64,000 nucleotides of DNA, taken from Rhodoferax sp. GTDB taxonomy: Bacteria; Pseudomonadota; Gammaproteobacteria; Burkholderiales; Burkholderiaceae_C. Each line of letters starts with the position of its first letter. Position 1 is the first letter of the stretch. The notes under the pieces are model-generated. The model was not told the DNA's origin. It saw only the letters and a program-made list of their open reading frames with translations, and did not search any database. The translations under genes and the position numbers were made by a program. Shown piece by piece: positions 17,377 through 26,456 of the stretch. The stretch spans positions 3,039 through 67,038 of the forward strand of contig JBKJOV010000041.1 in NCBI GenBank assembly GCA_046595515.1, read 5' to 3'.

Positions 17377-18222
17377 ATGAATTCGAACACGTCTCCTCCG
17401 GTTTCTGAGGCCGAACTACAGGCCTATGTGGACCGCGAACTCACGCCTGAGCGCCACCGGGATGTGGAAGCCTATTTGGCGCGCCGTCCCGAAGAAGCGC
17501 AGCGGGTAGAAAGCTACCGGGCACAAAATCTGGAAATTCGGGCCTTGTTTGACCCAGTGATGGCGGAGCCGCTTCCTGCGCGTGTGCGCCACGCTGCCAA
17601 GCGACCCCAAACTCCTTGGTACCTGCAACGTCTGGTGGCTGGCCTGGCGATTGCCATCGTCAGTGGCAGCGCTGGCTGGGGCTTGCGCTCCGGAATGGGT
17701 GGGGAGTCTGCACCCACCACGGTCGCGCAACGTGCGTCCAGCGCGATCACGATGGTGTCGGCCACCGGCTTTGCCCAGCGTGCTGCCATTGCGCATGCGG
17801 TGTACAGCCCGGACCAACGCCGCGCGGTCGAGGTCGATGCCGCCCACGAAGACCAGTTGGTGGCCTGGCTGTCCAAGCGTATGGGCGCGCCCATGAAGCC
17901 GCCGCATTTACAGACTTTGGGCTATGCCCTGGATGGCGGCCGTCTGTTGCCGGGTGACAAGGGCCCAGTGGCGCAATTCATGTACCACGACGCGGCAGGG
18001 GATAAGCTGACGCTGTATGTCTCCAACGAAGTGCCTGCGGCTTCCGGTGCAAAAGGCTCCCTCAACAGTGAGGCAGCCTTCCGCTTTGCCAAGGAGGGCA
18101 AGGTGAATGTCTTCTACTGGGTTAACGGGCCCTTTGGCTACGCGATTTCGTCGGACGCGGATAAGTCTGAGCTGGCCCGCGTATCTACAGAGGTGTATCA
18201 GCAACTCACTGCCGGGCCCTGA
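17377..18222 (+). CDS. transmembrane anti-sigma factor
   Basis: N-terminal anti-sigma domain (ELQAYVDRELTPERHRDVEAYLARRPEEAQ), one TM helix (LVAGLAIAIVSGSAGW) and a periplasmic C-terminal domain. It lies directly downstream of the ECF sigma gene. Confidence 0.75.
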   Translation: MNSNTSPPVSEAELQAYVDRELTPERHRDVEAYLARRPEEAQRVESYRAQNLEIRALFDPVMAEPLPARVRHAAKRPQTPWYLQRLVAGLAIAIVSGSAGWGLRSGMGGESAPTTVAQRASSAITMVSATGFAQRAAIAHAVYSPDQRRAVEVDAAHEDQLVAWLSKRMGAPMKPPHLQTLGYALDGGRLLPGDKGPVAQFMYHDAAGDKLTLYVSNEVPAASGAKGSLNSEAAFRFAKEGKVNVFYWVNGPFGYAISSDADKSELARVSTEVYQQLTAGP

Positions 18223-18290
18223 GCTGGCGGCGTGGCCAACGTGCTTGGCCACCGGGTATTTCAACTTGACGAACCAACAAAGGGATTTCC

Positions 18291-19721
18291 ATGAACAACG
18301 CACCTAACGAACCTAGTGACGAACCCAATGAAGCACGCCGCGATTTTCTAAAAGTTGCCGCGGTACTACCCGCCGCCGCACTGGCGCCCTGGGCCATGGC
18401 GCAGGGCTCGGCGTCAACGACTGCCAGCGCCGGAGTTCCCTCCACGGCACCCGACATTGCGCCGATTGACCGGGTCTTCATTACCAACGAAGACTCCAAC
18501 ACCATTTGCGTCATCAACCCGATGAGCAACACGGTGGACACCACCATCAACCTGACTAGCTTTGACGAAGACGCGCGTCCGCCATTCCGATTTGTCACGG
18601 GTGGCGTGATGCCAACGCATGCCGCGATGATTCACAAGCCGCTGTACCACGGCTGCATTGACGCACATGGGGCCGTACCCAACCCCGATGGCACGCTGCT
18701 GGCGACCTCGGGCCGCGGGAGCAGCAATATTTACCTGATCGACGCAGTCAACCGGCGCGTGCTAGGTAATGCAGTCAACCCGCAGGCGGGCCCGACGACC
18801 AACCCGGAGCGCTTGTCCAGCGGCATTTTGCTGGGCCGTGAGCCGCATGAACCCACCTTCACGCGCAACGGCAAAGAGCTGTGGGTGACCTTGCGCGGTG
18901 AAGATCGCATTGCGATTTTGGATGTAGAGCAGGCTACCAAGCAAGTCGGCGGCGCGCCGTCCAACGCAGTGCGTGCCTATGTCCCGACGCTCAACGGCCC
19001 GGCGCAGGTGTGGTTCTCCAAAGATGGTGGGCTGGCTTTCGTTATCAGCCAAAAGGCGGCACAGCTCGAAATCCTGCAAGTCAATCCTGACGCCAGGGGC
19101 TACTCGCGGCCCAAGCGCCTGCGCCTGGTGGACCTGAGCGCGCAAGACAAACCCGCTTTCACCCCGTTTCAAAAGCTATCGCCCGATGGCAGCCAGATGT
19201 GGCTTTCGCACAAACTGGCCGATGCGGTGTCGATTATTTCGGTCAAAGACCCCGGCACTGTGCTGGCGACCCTGCCATTGGGAGAATTGGCCCGACCGAA
19301 CCACCTGGAGTTTGTGGACAACGCGCGCGGGCAAGTGACCTATATGAGCTTGGCGCGGGTGGACGATGGTGGACCTAACGGTGCGGCATCCAGTCGTCTG
19401 GCCATCATTGACCGCTCGGTGCCATTGGCCCAACAAAAAGTGGTGGGTATGGTCTACACCGGGGGCCGCGAGGCGCATGGTCTGTGGACCAACCCCGCCA
19501 ACAATCTGTTGTATGTGGCGCACGAGCAAGATGAGCTGCCGGGCACGCCGAACGCCGGCCAGGTCGTGTGCTCTGCGTTTGATGTGTCGTCACCGCTGGA
19601 GCCCAAGCTCATCACGCAAATTCCGCTGGGTTCGCTCAAACTCCCGTCGGGCGAACTGCGTAACAAAAAGAGTATCAACCTCGTCTATGTACGCCCTGGC
19701 TTCAAGGGGCAGACCGCATGA
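18291..19721 (+). CDS. Tat-exported YVTN/YncE-type beta-propeller protein
   Basis: Twin-arginine signal ARRDFLKVAAVLPAAALAPWAMA, followed by repeated xDGxxLxVxxxxxxxIxVID-like blades. Confidence 0.7.
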   Translation: MNNAPNEPSDEPNEARRDFLKVAAVLPAAALAPWAMAQGSASTTASAGVPSTAPDIAPIDRVFITNEDSNTICVINPMSNTVDTTINLTSFDEDARPPFRFVTGGVMPTHAAMIHKPLYHGCIDAHGAVPNPDGTLLATSGRGSSNIYLIDAVNRRVLGNAVNPQAGPTTNPERLSSGILLGREPHEPTFTRNGKELWVTLRGEDRIAILDVEQATKQVGGAPSNAVRAYVPTLNGPAQVWFSKDGGLAFVISQKAAQLEILQVNPDARGYSRPKRLRLVDLSAQDKPAFTPFQKLSPDGSQMWLSHKLADAVSIISVKDPGTVLATLPLGELARPNHLEFVDNARGQVTYMSLARVDDGGPNGAASSRLAIIDRSVPLAQQKVVGMVYTGGREAHGLWTNPANNLLYVAHEQDELPGTPNAGQVVCSAFDVSSPLEPKLITQIPLGSLKLPSGELRNKKSINLVYVRPGFKGQTA

Positions 19722-20077
19722 CCAACCACGCCAGGCACCAGCCGGTTGCTTCCGGCGCGGGCGCGACGAGCAGCTTTGAGGCTGACATGAATGTGGGGAT
19801 GGCCCGCATGATGGAGGACATGCACAGCCCAGGCTACACCGGCCAGCCCGATACGGACTTCCTAGCCATGATGATTCCCCACCACGAGGGCGCCGTCGAT
19901 ATGGCGCGCTTGGTGCTGATGCATGGTCGCGATCCGATGGTGCGGCAAATTGCCCAGGAGATCATTGCGAGCCAGACGGTCGAGATCGCCGCCATGCGCG
20001 GCCGCATGGCGGTGCTGCGCGCCGGGCCGAACCTGGAGCCTGGTGGTTACCCGGCGCTGGGTGCGGTGCGGGGTTAG
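19718..20077 (+). CDS. DUF305 (CopM-like four-helix) domain protein without an evident signal peptide
   Basis: DFLAMMIPHHEGAVDMARL ... IAQEIIASQTVEIAAMRG is the DUF305 signature. The start overlaps the upstream stop (ATGA). Confidence 0.65.
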   Translation: MTNHARHQPVASGAGATSSFEADMNVGMARMMEDMHSPGYTGQPDTDFLAMMIPHHEGAVDMARLVLMHGRDPMVRQIAQEIIASQTVEIAAMRGRMAVLRAGPNLEPGGYPALGAVRG

Positions 20078-20256
20078 CTGCCCGACAACTCCGCATGCCA
20101 GGTGATGGGCGGGGGGCAATGACCGTGGACTTACGTGTCATTGGCGGGTCATTGACAGGCCACTTCAGCCCGCCGGTGCGATACTTGTGAGACGGATTGG
20201 ATTTCTCCTTCCGACCGCCCGCGAACAGCCGCCTTTTCTTCACAAATACATCCACC

Positions 20257-21402
20257 ATGAATCCCAAGAAAACCTACCGCCTCGAAACCCTGGCTGTCCA
20301 CGCCGGTCATGGTGTCGATAGCGCCACAGGTGCCGTCACCGAGCCCATTCACTTGTCCACCACCTTCGAGCGCGAAGCCGATGGCAGTTATCCGCGCGGC
20401 TTCCTCTACTCGCGCAACGGCAACCCCAACCGCAACGGCCTGGAGACCGCCCTGTCCGCGCTGGAAGGGGGCGACGCCTGTGCGACTTTCGGCTCTGGCC
20501 TGGCGGCGGTTACGGCCATTTTTCAGGGCTTGCAGCCCGGCGACCATGTGGTTGCACCGCGCGACATTTACCACGGCACCGCCAATGTGCTCAAGCACCT
20601 GTTCGCCAAATGGAATGTCAGCGCCAGCTTCGTCGATATGACCCAGTTGGATGTTGTGCAAGCCGCGCTGCAGCCCAATACCCGTATCGTTTGGATTGAA
20701 ACGCCGTCTAACCCTTTGCTGCAGTGCGTGGACATTGCCGCGCTGGCGCAAATGGCCCATGCGGCAGGTGCCTGCGCCATTGCCGACAACACCTTTGCAT
20801 CCCCCGTGCTGCAGCGTCCTCTGGATTTGGGCTGCGACATGGTGATGCATGCCACCACCAAATACCTGGGTGGCCGCAGCGATGTGCTGGGTGGCGCGGT
20901 GGTCAGTAAGTTGGCTGACGAAGCCTTTACCAACCTGCGCCAAGCGCAACTGTTTGGTGGCGGTGTGCCGTCTCCGTTTGACTGCTGGCTGGTGATGCGC
21001 AGCCTGCCCACGCTGCCCTACCGGATGCAGGCGCACTGCCACAACGCGATGGCGGTGGCCCGCTTTCTGGATGCCCACCCTAAAGTCTCGGCCGTGCACT
21101 ACCCGGGCCTGGAGGGCAACGCCTTCCACGCGCTGGCCAAAAAGCAAATGTCCGGCTTTGGCGGCATGCTGAGTTTTGAGCTGCGTGCGGGCAAAGACGC
21201 AGCCATGGCGGTTGCCCAGCACCTGGAAGTCTTTACCCGCGCTACCAGCCTGGGGGGCGTGGAGAGCCTGATTGAACACCGGGCGTCGATTGAGGGGCCG
21301 GAGAGCAAGACGCCGCAGGGGCTGTTGCGTGTGTCGGTGGGCCTGGAGCATGCGGACGACCTGGTGGAAGACTTGGCCCAGGCCTTGGATCGCGTTGCCT
21401 GA
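20257..21402 (+). CDS. Cys/Met-metabolism PLP-dependent enzyme (cystathionine gamma-synthase / beta-lyase family)
   Basis: LETLAVHAG, YSRNGNPN and PLP-lysine context HATTKYLGGRSDVLGG. The C-terminus is RVSVGLEHADDLVEDL. The exact activity cannot be assigned by eye. Confidence 0.8.
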   Translation: MNPKKTYRLETLAVHAGHGVDSATGAVTEPIHLSTTFEREADGSYPRGFLYSRNGNPNRNGLETALSALEGGDACATFGSGLAAVTAIFQGLQPGDHVVAPRDIYHGTANVLKHLFAKWNVSASFVDMTQLDVVQAALQPNTRIVWIETPSNPLLQCVDIAALAQMAHAAGACAIADNTFASPVLQRPLDLGCDMVMHATTKYLGGRSDVLGGAVVSKLADEAFTNLRQAQLFGGGVPSPFDCWLVMRSLPTLPYRMQAHCHNAMAVARFLDAHPKVSAVHYPGLEGNAFHALAKKQMSGFGGMLSFELRAGKDAAMAVAQHLEVFTRATSLGGVESLIEHRASIEGPESKTPQGLLRVSVGLEHADDLVEDLAQALDRVA

Positions 21403-21492
21403 AGCGCGCGGTAAGGGCTAAGCGATTTTCTGCCAGGGGTAGCCCCTTCAATTTTCAGAACGCAGCGCGCGATTTTGTTGGAGACTGGGCGT

Positions 21493-22122
21493 ATGCTTCA
21501 CCGAATTGCGCCATGGCTGCTGCTTTTTTGGGTCTGTGCCAGCGTGGCCCAGGTCAAAGTCAAAGGGCCGCTGCCTCAAAGCGACCTGGTAGTGGAAGTT
21601 CGCCAGATAGAGGAGAGCCAATCAGACGCAGGCAGCTACCGTGTCGGCACGGCAGACACGGCCCGAAATTGGCCACCGGTGAGCCTGATGGTTCGCAATG
21701 GTGAAAAGGGCGTACTGCGCCTGCAGCAGGCCGTGCCCATGCAGTGGGTGCAGTCGGCGCAATCCCAGTCCAGCAGCCTGGCGGTTTCCGGCGCTACAGC
21801 CTCCAATGCGGGCGGGGGTGTAACGCAATCAATACTTTGGTTTGACGTGGGCCAGAGCCTCACCGTTACCCCCAGGTGGCCCGGTGGCAAACGAGAAGTG
21901 AGTGTGGAGTTGGACGTCATTCAATCGGACACGCAGACCGTGACCAACGCTGACCTGCCGCGCCAGGTGCGCAACCAGACCAGCACGCTAGTTTCAGTGC
22001 CGCTGAACGAGTGGATCACGGTAGCAGCCAGCGGCAAGGGCCCTGGGCCCACGGGCAGCTACAGCAGTGAGGCCCGTGCCGACGTTCGGCTGCTGTTGCA
22101 GGTGCGGGTCAGCGTGCCTTAA
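21493..22122 (+). CDS. secreted hypothetical protein
   Basis: ggag RBS, signal peptide MLHRIAPWLLLFWVCASVAQV, and a beta-rich Ser/Gln-rich body. I cannot name a domain. Confidence 0.5.
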   Translation: MLHRIAPWLLLFWVCASVAQVKVKGPLPQSDLVVEVRQIEESQSDAGSYRVGTADTARNWPPVSLMVRNGEKGVLRLQQAVPMQWVQSAQSQSSSLAVSGATASNAGGGVTQSILWFDVGQSLTVTPRWPGGKREVSVELDVIQSDTQTVTNADLPRQVRNQTSTLVSVPLNEWITVAASGKGPGPTGSYSSEARADVRLLLQVRVSVP

Positions 22123-22222
22123 CGCGTGGTGTTGCCGCCTTTGCGCTGGGGCAGGCCCAGGGCCGCTTGGTGGCGTATTTTCTCTAAATTTGAAGCCATT
22201 TTGGCCGCTGGCCCGGGTATCT

Positions 22223-22261
22223 ATTGACTTGTTTGCTATTATTTCTATAGCAATCGTCAAT
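22223..22261. terminator. AT-rich imperfect hairpin between convergent genes (variant of the GCTAT...ATAGC motif)
   Basis: ATTGACttgtTTGCTATtatttcTATAGCAAtcGTCAAT. Confidence 0.45.
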
Positions 22262-22263
22262 GG

Positions 22264-23577
22264 CTACTCTTTCTCAGCCGCCAAAGACGGTTGGGCCAGG
22301 TCGGCCAAGGCCTGAGCGGCATGGGCCTGTTGTTCCGCAGTGGCGGTCTCTAACTGGCTGTGCAACGCTGTAATACCTGCTGCACCTTCGCGCAGCAATT
22401 GGGCAATCGCTTGCCCCGCCACTTTGGGAGATTCAAACCCCAGGCTTTGCAACAGCACGGCGCCCGTGGCATCCACCAGCTTGAAGTAGAACTGTCCGTC
22501 TTTTTCGCGGTATTGCTTGAAGGAAGCCAGCACGGGTTTGTCGGTTTTGCTAGCTTTGGCACTCTGCGCAGCACTCAGGCCACGCAAACCTACGGCGTTG
22601 CGCAGTTGTGCCATGAAGGGCGTGGCAATGGCGCGCGCTTTGGCTGCGCCTTGCAGTAGCAGGGCCTCCATGCGCTCGGGGTGGGCCATCAGGTCTTCGT
22701 AGGTGGCACGCATGGGTGCAATTTCCTGGTCAATGCGGTCTAGCAACAGCGCTTTGGCATCGCCCCAGGCAATACCCTCGGCGTAGGCTTGGCGCAGTTG
22801 GGTGGTCTCGGCCTCGGTGGCAAAGGCCTGGTAGATCTGGAACAGGGCCGAGCCCTCGGTGTCTTTGGGCTCGCCCGGCGCACGCGAATCGGTCTTGATG
22901 CTGGCAATGAGTTTCTTGAGCTGCTCACGGCTGCTGAACAGTGGAATCGTGTTGTCGTAGCTCTTGCTCATCTTGCGGCCGTCCAGGCCGGGCAGGGTGG
23001 CTACCGACGCTTCAATCTCGGCCTGCGGCGCTACAAAGTGCTCGCCATAGCGGTGGTTGAAGCTGGCCGCCATGTCGCGCGCCATCTCAATGTGTTGGAT
23101 CTGGTCGCGGCCCACAGGCACCTTGTGCGCGTTGAACATCAAAATGTCCGCGCCCATCAGCACCGGGTACATGAACAGGCCGGCGGTTACATCGGCGTCT
23201 GGGTCTACGCCCGCCGCGGTGTTTTTGTCGACCGACGCCTTGTAAGCGTGGGCGCGGTTGAGTACGCCTTTGCCGGTCACACAGGTTAAAAACCAGGTGA
23301 GCTCAGGAATCTCGGGCACATCGCTCTGGCGGTAAAAGGTGACATGGGCTGGGTCCAGGCCGGCGGCCAGCCAACTGGCGGCAATCTCCAGCGTAGAGCG
23401 CTGGATGCGCGCGGGTTCATCAATCTTGATGAGGGCGTGGTAGTCGGCCAGAAAGTAAAAACTCTCTACGCCGGGTGTGCGGCTGGCCCGCACGGCGGGG
23501 CGGATCGAGCCCACATAGTTACCCAGATGCGGCGTGCCGGAAGTGGTAATGCCGGTGAGGAAGCGGGTGGTTGTCAT
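22264..23577 (-). CDS. trpS: tryptophan--tRNA ligase with a C-terminal YegP/DUF1508-like extension
   Basis: TSGTPHLGNYVG (HIGH-type motif) and KMSKS are present. The extra C-terminal ~85 aa include FKQYREKDGQFYFKLVDATGAVLLQSLGFESPKVAGQAIAQL. The start is taken at MTTTRF (ATG 23577). Confidence 0.9.
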   Translation of the reverse strand: MTTTRFLTGITTSGTPHLGNYVGSIRPAVRASRTPGVESFYFLADYHALIKIDEPARIQRSTLEIAASWLAAGLDPAHVTFYRQSDVPEIPELTWFLTCVTGKGVLNRAHAYKASVDKNTAAGVDPDADVTAGLFMYPVLMGADILMFNAHKVPVGRDQIQHIEMARDMAASFNHRYGEHFVAPQAEIEASVATLPGLDGRKMSKSYDNTIPLFSSREQLKKLIASIKTDSRAPGEPKDTEGSALFQIYQAFATEAETTQLRQAYAEGIAWGDAKALLLDRIDQEIAPMRATYEDLMAHPERMEALLLQGAAKARAIATPFMAQLRNAVGLRGLSAAQSAKASKTDKPVLASFKQYREKDGQFYFKLVDATGAVLLQSLGFESPKVAGQAIAQLLREGAAGITALHSQLETATAEQQAHAAQALADLAQPSLAAEKE

Positions 23578-23596
23578 GGATCTAAAGAGGTCTAGG

Positions 23597-24265
23597 CTAT
23601 GAAACAAGCGCGGCCAGGGGCGTCAATATCAGTTTGAGGACACCAATCGTCAGGGTCATCACCGGTTGCATCCAAAAAGTACTTAAAACCCCGGTCACTA
23701 TCAACGCCATGACCACAAAAAATCCCCAGGGTTCGATGCGCGATACCAGTAGGGCCTGCTTCATGGGCAGCAAACCTACTAGGACACGCCCACCATCCAA
23801 CGGCGGCAAAGGAAAGAGATTGAGTGCAAACATCACGACGTTGGTCAGGATGCCTGCTTTGCACATCTGCAGAAAGAATGTTTCCTCAATGCCCCCAGCC
23901 TGCAATACGAACAAGCCGATCCACCACAGCAGCGCCTGCACAAAATTGGAACCTGGGCCCGCAAATGCGACCCAAATCATGTCGCGCTTGGGGTTGCGCA
24001 AGTTACCGAACTGCACCGGCACAGGTTTTGCGTAGCCAAACACGAAGGCGCCAGAGGTGGCAAAGTACAGCACCAGAGGCATCAGGATGGTGCCAATCGG
24101 GTCGATGTGCTTTGCCGGATTCAACGTGACCCGCCCTAGTTTCCACGCGGTGTCGTCGCCAAAATAGCGGGCCGCATAGCCATGGGCTGCTTCGTGCACC
24201 GTGATCGCAAAAATCACCGGCAATGCATAGATGGCAATGGTCTGAATCAGTTGAGCGATATCCAA
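23597..24265 (-). CDS. site-2 protease family (M50) integral membrane metalloprotease
   Basis: HEAAHG zinc motif in the first TM helix; multi-pass hydrophobic profile. Confidence 0.75.
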   Translation of the reverse strand: MDIAQLIQTIAIYALPVIFAITVHEAAHGYAARYFGDDTAWKLGRVTLNPAKHIDPIGTILMPLVLYFATSGAFVFGYAKPVPVQFGNLRNPKRDMIWVAFAGPGSNFVQALLWWIGLFVLQAGGIEETFFLQMCKAGILTNVVMFALNLFPLPPLDGGRVLVGLLPMKQALLVSRIEPWGFFVVMALIVTGVLSTFWMQPVMTLTIGVLKLILTPLAALVS

Positions 24266-24300
24266 GGCTTGCTTTCTAAGTTGTTGTGTCGGAAATGGGG

Positions 24301-24924
24301 TTACAAGCCAATGCGCGCCAAGTCACCACCACCTTGTCGGATCACTATGGGCTCGACGCCGGTTAGGTCAATCACGGTGGTGGGCTCCAGTGCGCAGGCA
24401 CCTGCATCAATTACCCCGGCCACTTGGCGCTCGTAACGTTCGCGTATATCTTGCGCGTCATTTAACGGCACGGTATCGCCGACGGCAATCAAGGTAGTTG
24501 CCAGACAAGCCGAGCCGTGTTGGGCCAATAAATCTTGCAGTACTTTGTGCTGCGGCACACGCAGACCAATGGTCTTGCGCGATGGGTGGCTCACGCGGCG
24601 CGGCACTTCTTTGCTGGCTTCCAGAATGAACGTGTACGGCCCGGGTGTAGCAGCTTTTAGAAAGCGGTATTGGCGGTTGTCCACGCGCGCATAGCTGGCC
24701 AGCTCACTCAGGTCGCGACACAGCAGGGTCAGGTGGTGTTTGTCATCCACACCGCGAATGCGGCGCAGGCTGTCGGCAGCGGCTTTGTCATCCAGGTGGC
24801 ACACCAGGGCATAGCTGGAGTCTGTCGGCACAGCCAAAATCCCGCCTTTTTCCAGCAAAGCCGCAGCCTGTTTGAGTAGTCGGGGCTGCGGGTTGTCGGG
24901 ATGAACTTCAAAGTACTGGGCCAT
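24301..24924 (-). CDS. YrdC/Sua5-family L-threonylcarbamoyladenylate synthase
   Basis: GGILAVPTDSSYALVC and RIRGVDDKHHLTLLC, then GPYTFIL...IGLRVP. The start is taken at MAQYFEV (24924); the ORF-track N-extension overlaps the upstream gene. Confidence 0.75.
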   Translation of the reverse strand: MAQYFEVHPDNPQPRLLKQAAALLEKGGILAVPTDSSYALVCHLDDKAAADSLRRIRGVDDKHHLTLLCRDLSELASYARVDNRQYRFLKAATPGPYTFILEASKEVPRRVSHPSRKTIGLRVPQHKVLQDLLAQHGSACLATTLIAVGDTVPLNDAQDIRERYERQVAGVIDAGACALEPTTVIDLTGVEPIVIRQGGGDLARIGL

Positions 24925-24925
24925 G

Positions 24926-25780
24926 CTACTGAACGCGCGAGGCCAAAAGTTCCCACACGGGTGTGAGCTGCCCTGGTAAGTAGGGCAGGGTGCCCAGCTC
25001 CGTGTGGCTCTCCAGCGGGCTATGAAAATCACTACCGCGTGATGCTGCCAAGCCAAACTCTTTGGCCGTTTCTGCATACACAAGGTACTCGGCCGGGCTG
25101 TGGCTACCGGTCACCACCTCAACGCCTCGGCCACCGTGGTTCTTAAATTCGGTGAAGAGTGCGTATTCTTCGTTGGGCGAAAATTTGTAACGCGCTGGGT
25201 GGGCAATGACGGCCATGCCGCCTGCTTCGGTAATCCAAGTCACCGCGTCTTTGAGCGTGGCCCATTTGTGTTCCACAAAGCCGGGTTTCCCTTCGGTCAA
25301 ATACTTGCGAAACACTTCATTGGTTTCTCTGCAGACACCACTCTCCACCAAAAAGCGGGCGAAGTGCGTGCGCGAGATCAGCTCAGGGTTGCCGACAAAT
25401 TTGAGCGCCCCCTCAAACGCGCCTTTGATACCGACTTTGGCCAGGCCGTCTGACATTTCTTGGGCGCGCTCGGTGCGGCCGCCGCGTGTCTGGCGCAGGC
25501 CTTGGATGAGTGCCGCGTTGTCCGGATCAAACCCCAGACCGACGATGTGCACGGTGTGCCCAATGAAGGTGACCGAAATCTCGGTGCCAGTGAGGTATTT
25601 CATGCCCTGGGCTTTGGCCGCTGCTGCGGCGCGGTGCTGCCCGCCAATTTCATCGTGGTCCGTCAGCGCCCACAGCTCCACACCGTTGGTTTTGGCTCGC
25701 TCGGCCAGAGCTTCTGGGGTTAGGGTGCCGTCCGAGACAACGGAGTGGCAGTGCAGGTCGGCGTTAAGAATAGTAGTCAC
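24926..25780 (-). CDS. PHP-domain phosphoesterase (TrpH/YciV-like)
   Basis: DLHCHSVVSDG, LALTDHD ... IAHPARY and GSDFH motifs. Confidence 0.8.
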   Translation of the reverse strand: MTTILNADLHCHSVVSDGTLTPEALAERAKTNGVELWALTDHDEIGGQHRAAAAAKAQGMKYLTGTEISVTFIGHTVHIVGLGFDPDNAALIQGLRQTRGGRTERAQEMSDGLAKVGIKGAFEGALKFVGNPELISRTHFARFLVESGVCRETNEVFRKYLTEGKPGFVEHKWATLKDAVTWITEAGGMAVIAHPARYKFSPNEEYALFTEFKNHGGRGVEVVTGSHSPAEYLVYAETAKEFGLAASRGSDFHSPLESHTELGTLPYLPGQLTPVWELLASRVQ

Positions 25781-25805
25781 GACCCTATTTTAGGCGCTGG
25801 CAGTT

Positions 25806-26456
25806 TCAGAACGGCACTGCGCTTGCAAAGTCCACCCGGGCGCCGTGGACAGGATGCGCCAACTGCAGCACCTGTGCATGCAGCAAGAGGCGTGGCGCCA
25901 GTGCCACGACATCCGCAGGCGCGTACAGCGCGTCGCCCACTATGGGGTGGCCAATGGCACGCAGGTGCACACGCAGTTGGTGCGAGCGCCCGGTGATGGG
26001 CTCCAGTTCTACGCGGGTCGTGTTGTGGGTCAATTCCCGGTGCACCACCCGTACCCGTGTCGTGCTGGGCTTGCCGCTATCGGTATCAATGATGCGCAAT
26101 GGGCGGTTCGGCCAGTCCACGCAAATGGGTAATTCGATGGTTTGCCACGTGTCGTAAACCGTGTCCATCAAGCCGCTAACCACAGCCGTATACCGCTTGT
26201 AGACTTGGCGGTCGGCAAAAGCGGCGCTGAGCGCACGTTGTACATGGGCACCCCGGGCCAGTAGCATCAGCCCGGAAGTTGCCATGTCCAAGCGGTGCAC
26301 GATCAGGGCGTCCGGGTAGGGCTGCTGGATGCGGGTGCTCAGGCAGTCCTGCTTGTCAGGGCCACGACCCGGAACCGCGAGCATCCCAGAGGGCTTGTCG
26401 GCCACAATCCACGTCGCATCGACATGCAGGAGGTGCAGACCTGCGCTAACGGGCAT
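25806..26456 (-). CDS. RluA-family pseudouridine synthase
   Basis: Catalytic motif HRLDMATSGLMLLAR and QLRVH near the C-terminus. Confidence 0.8.
   Translation of the reverse strand: MPVSAGLHLLHVDATWIVADKPSGMLAVPGRGPDKQDCLSTRIQQPYPDALIVHRLDMATSGLMLLARGAHVQRALSAAFADRQVYKRYTAVVSGLMDTVYDTWQTIELPICVDWPNRPLRIIDTDSGKPSTTRVRVVHRELTHNTTRVELEPITGRSHQLRVHLRAIGHPIVGDALYAPADVVALAPRLLLHAQVLQLAHPVHGARVDFASAVPF

Noticed and set aside
20078-20256. Possible SAM/SAH riboswitch upstream of the Met/Cys PLP enzyme
   Set aside because: I could not recognise the conserved cores of SAM-II, SAM-I/IV or SAH elements. Only short repeats were seen, and these are reported separately.
20149-21351. 400-aa ORF on the minus strand
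   Set aside because: It is antisense to the well-supported PLP-dependent transsulfuration gene. It is Arg/Gly/His/Ala-rich with no motif, so it is a high-GC artefact.
21412-21452. Possible terminator hairpin after the PLP-enzyme gene (aagggcta...tagcccctt)
   Set aside because: The stem is imperfect (one bulged C) and there is no clean T-run, so support is insufficient.
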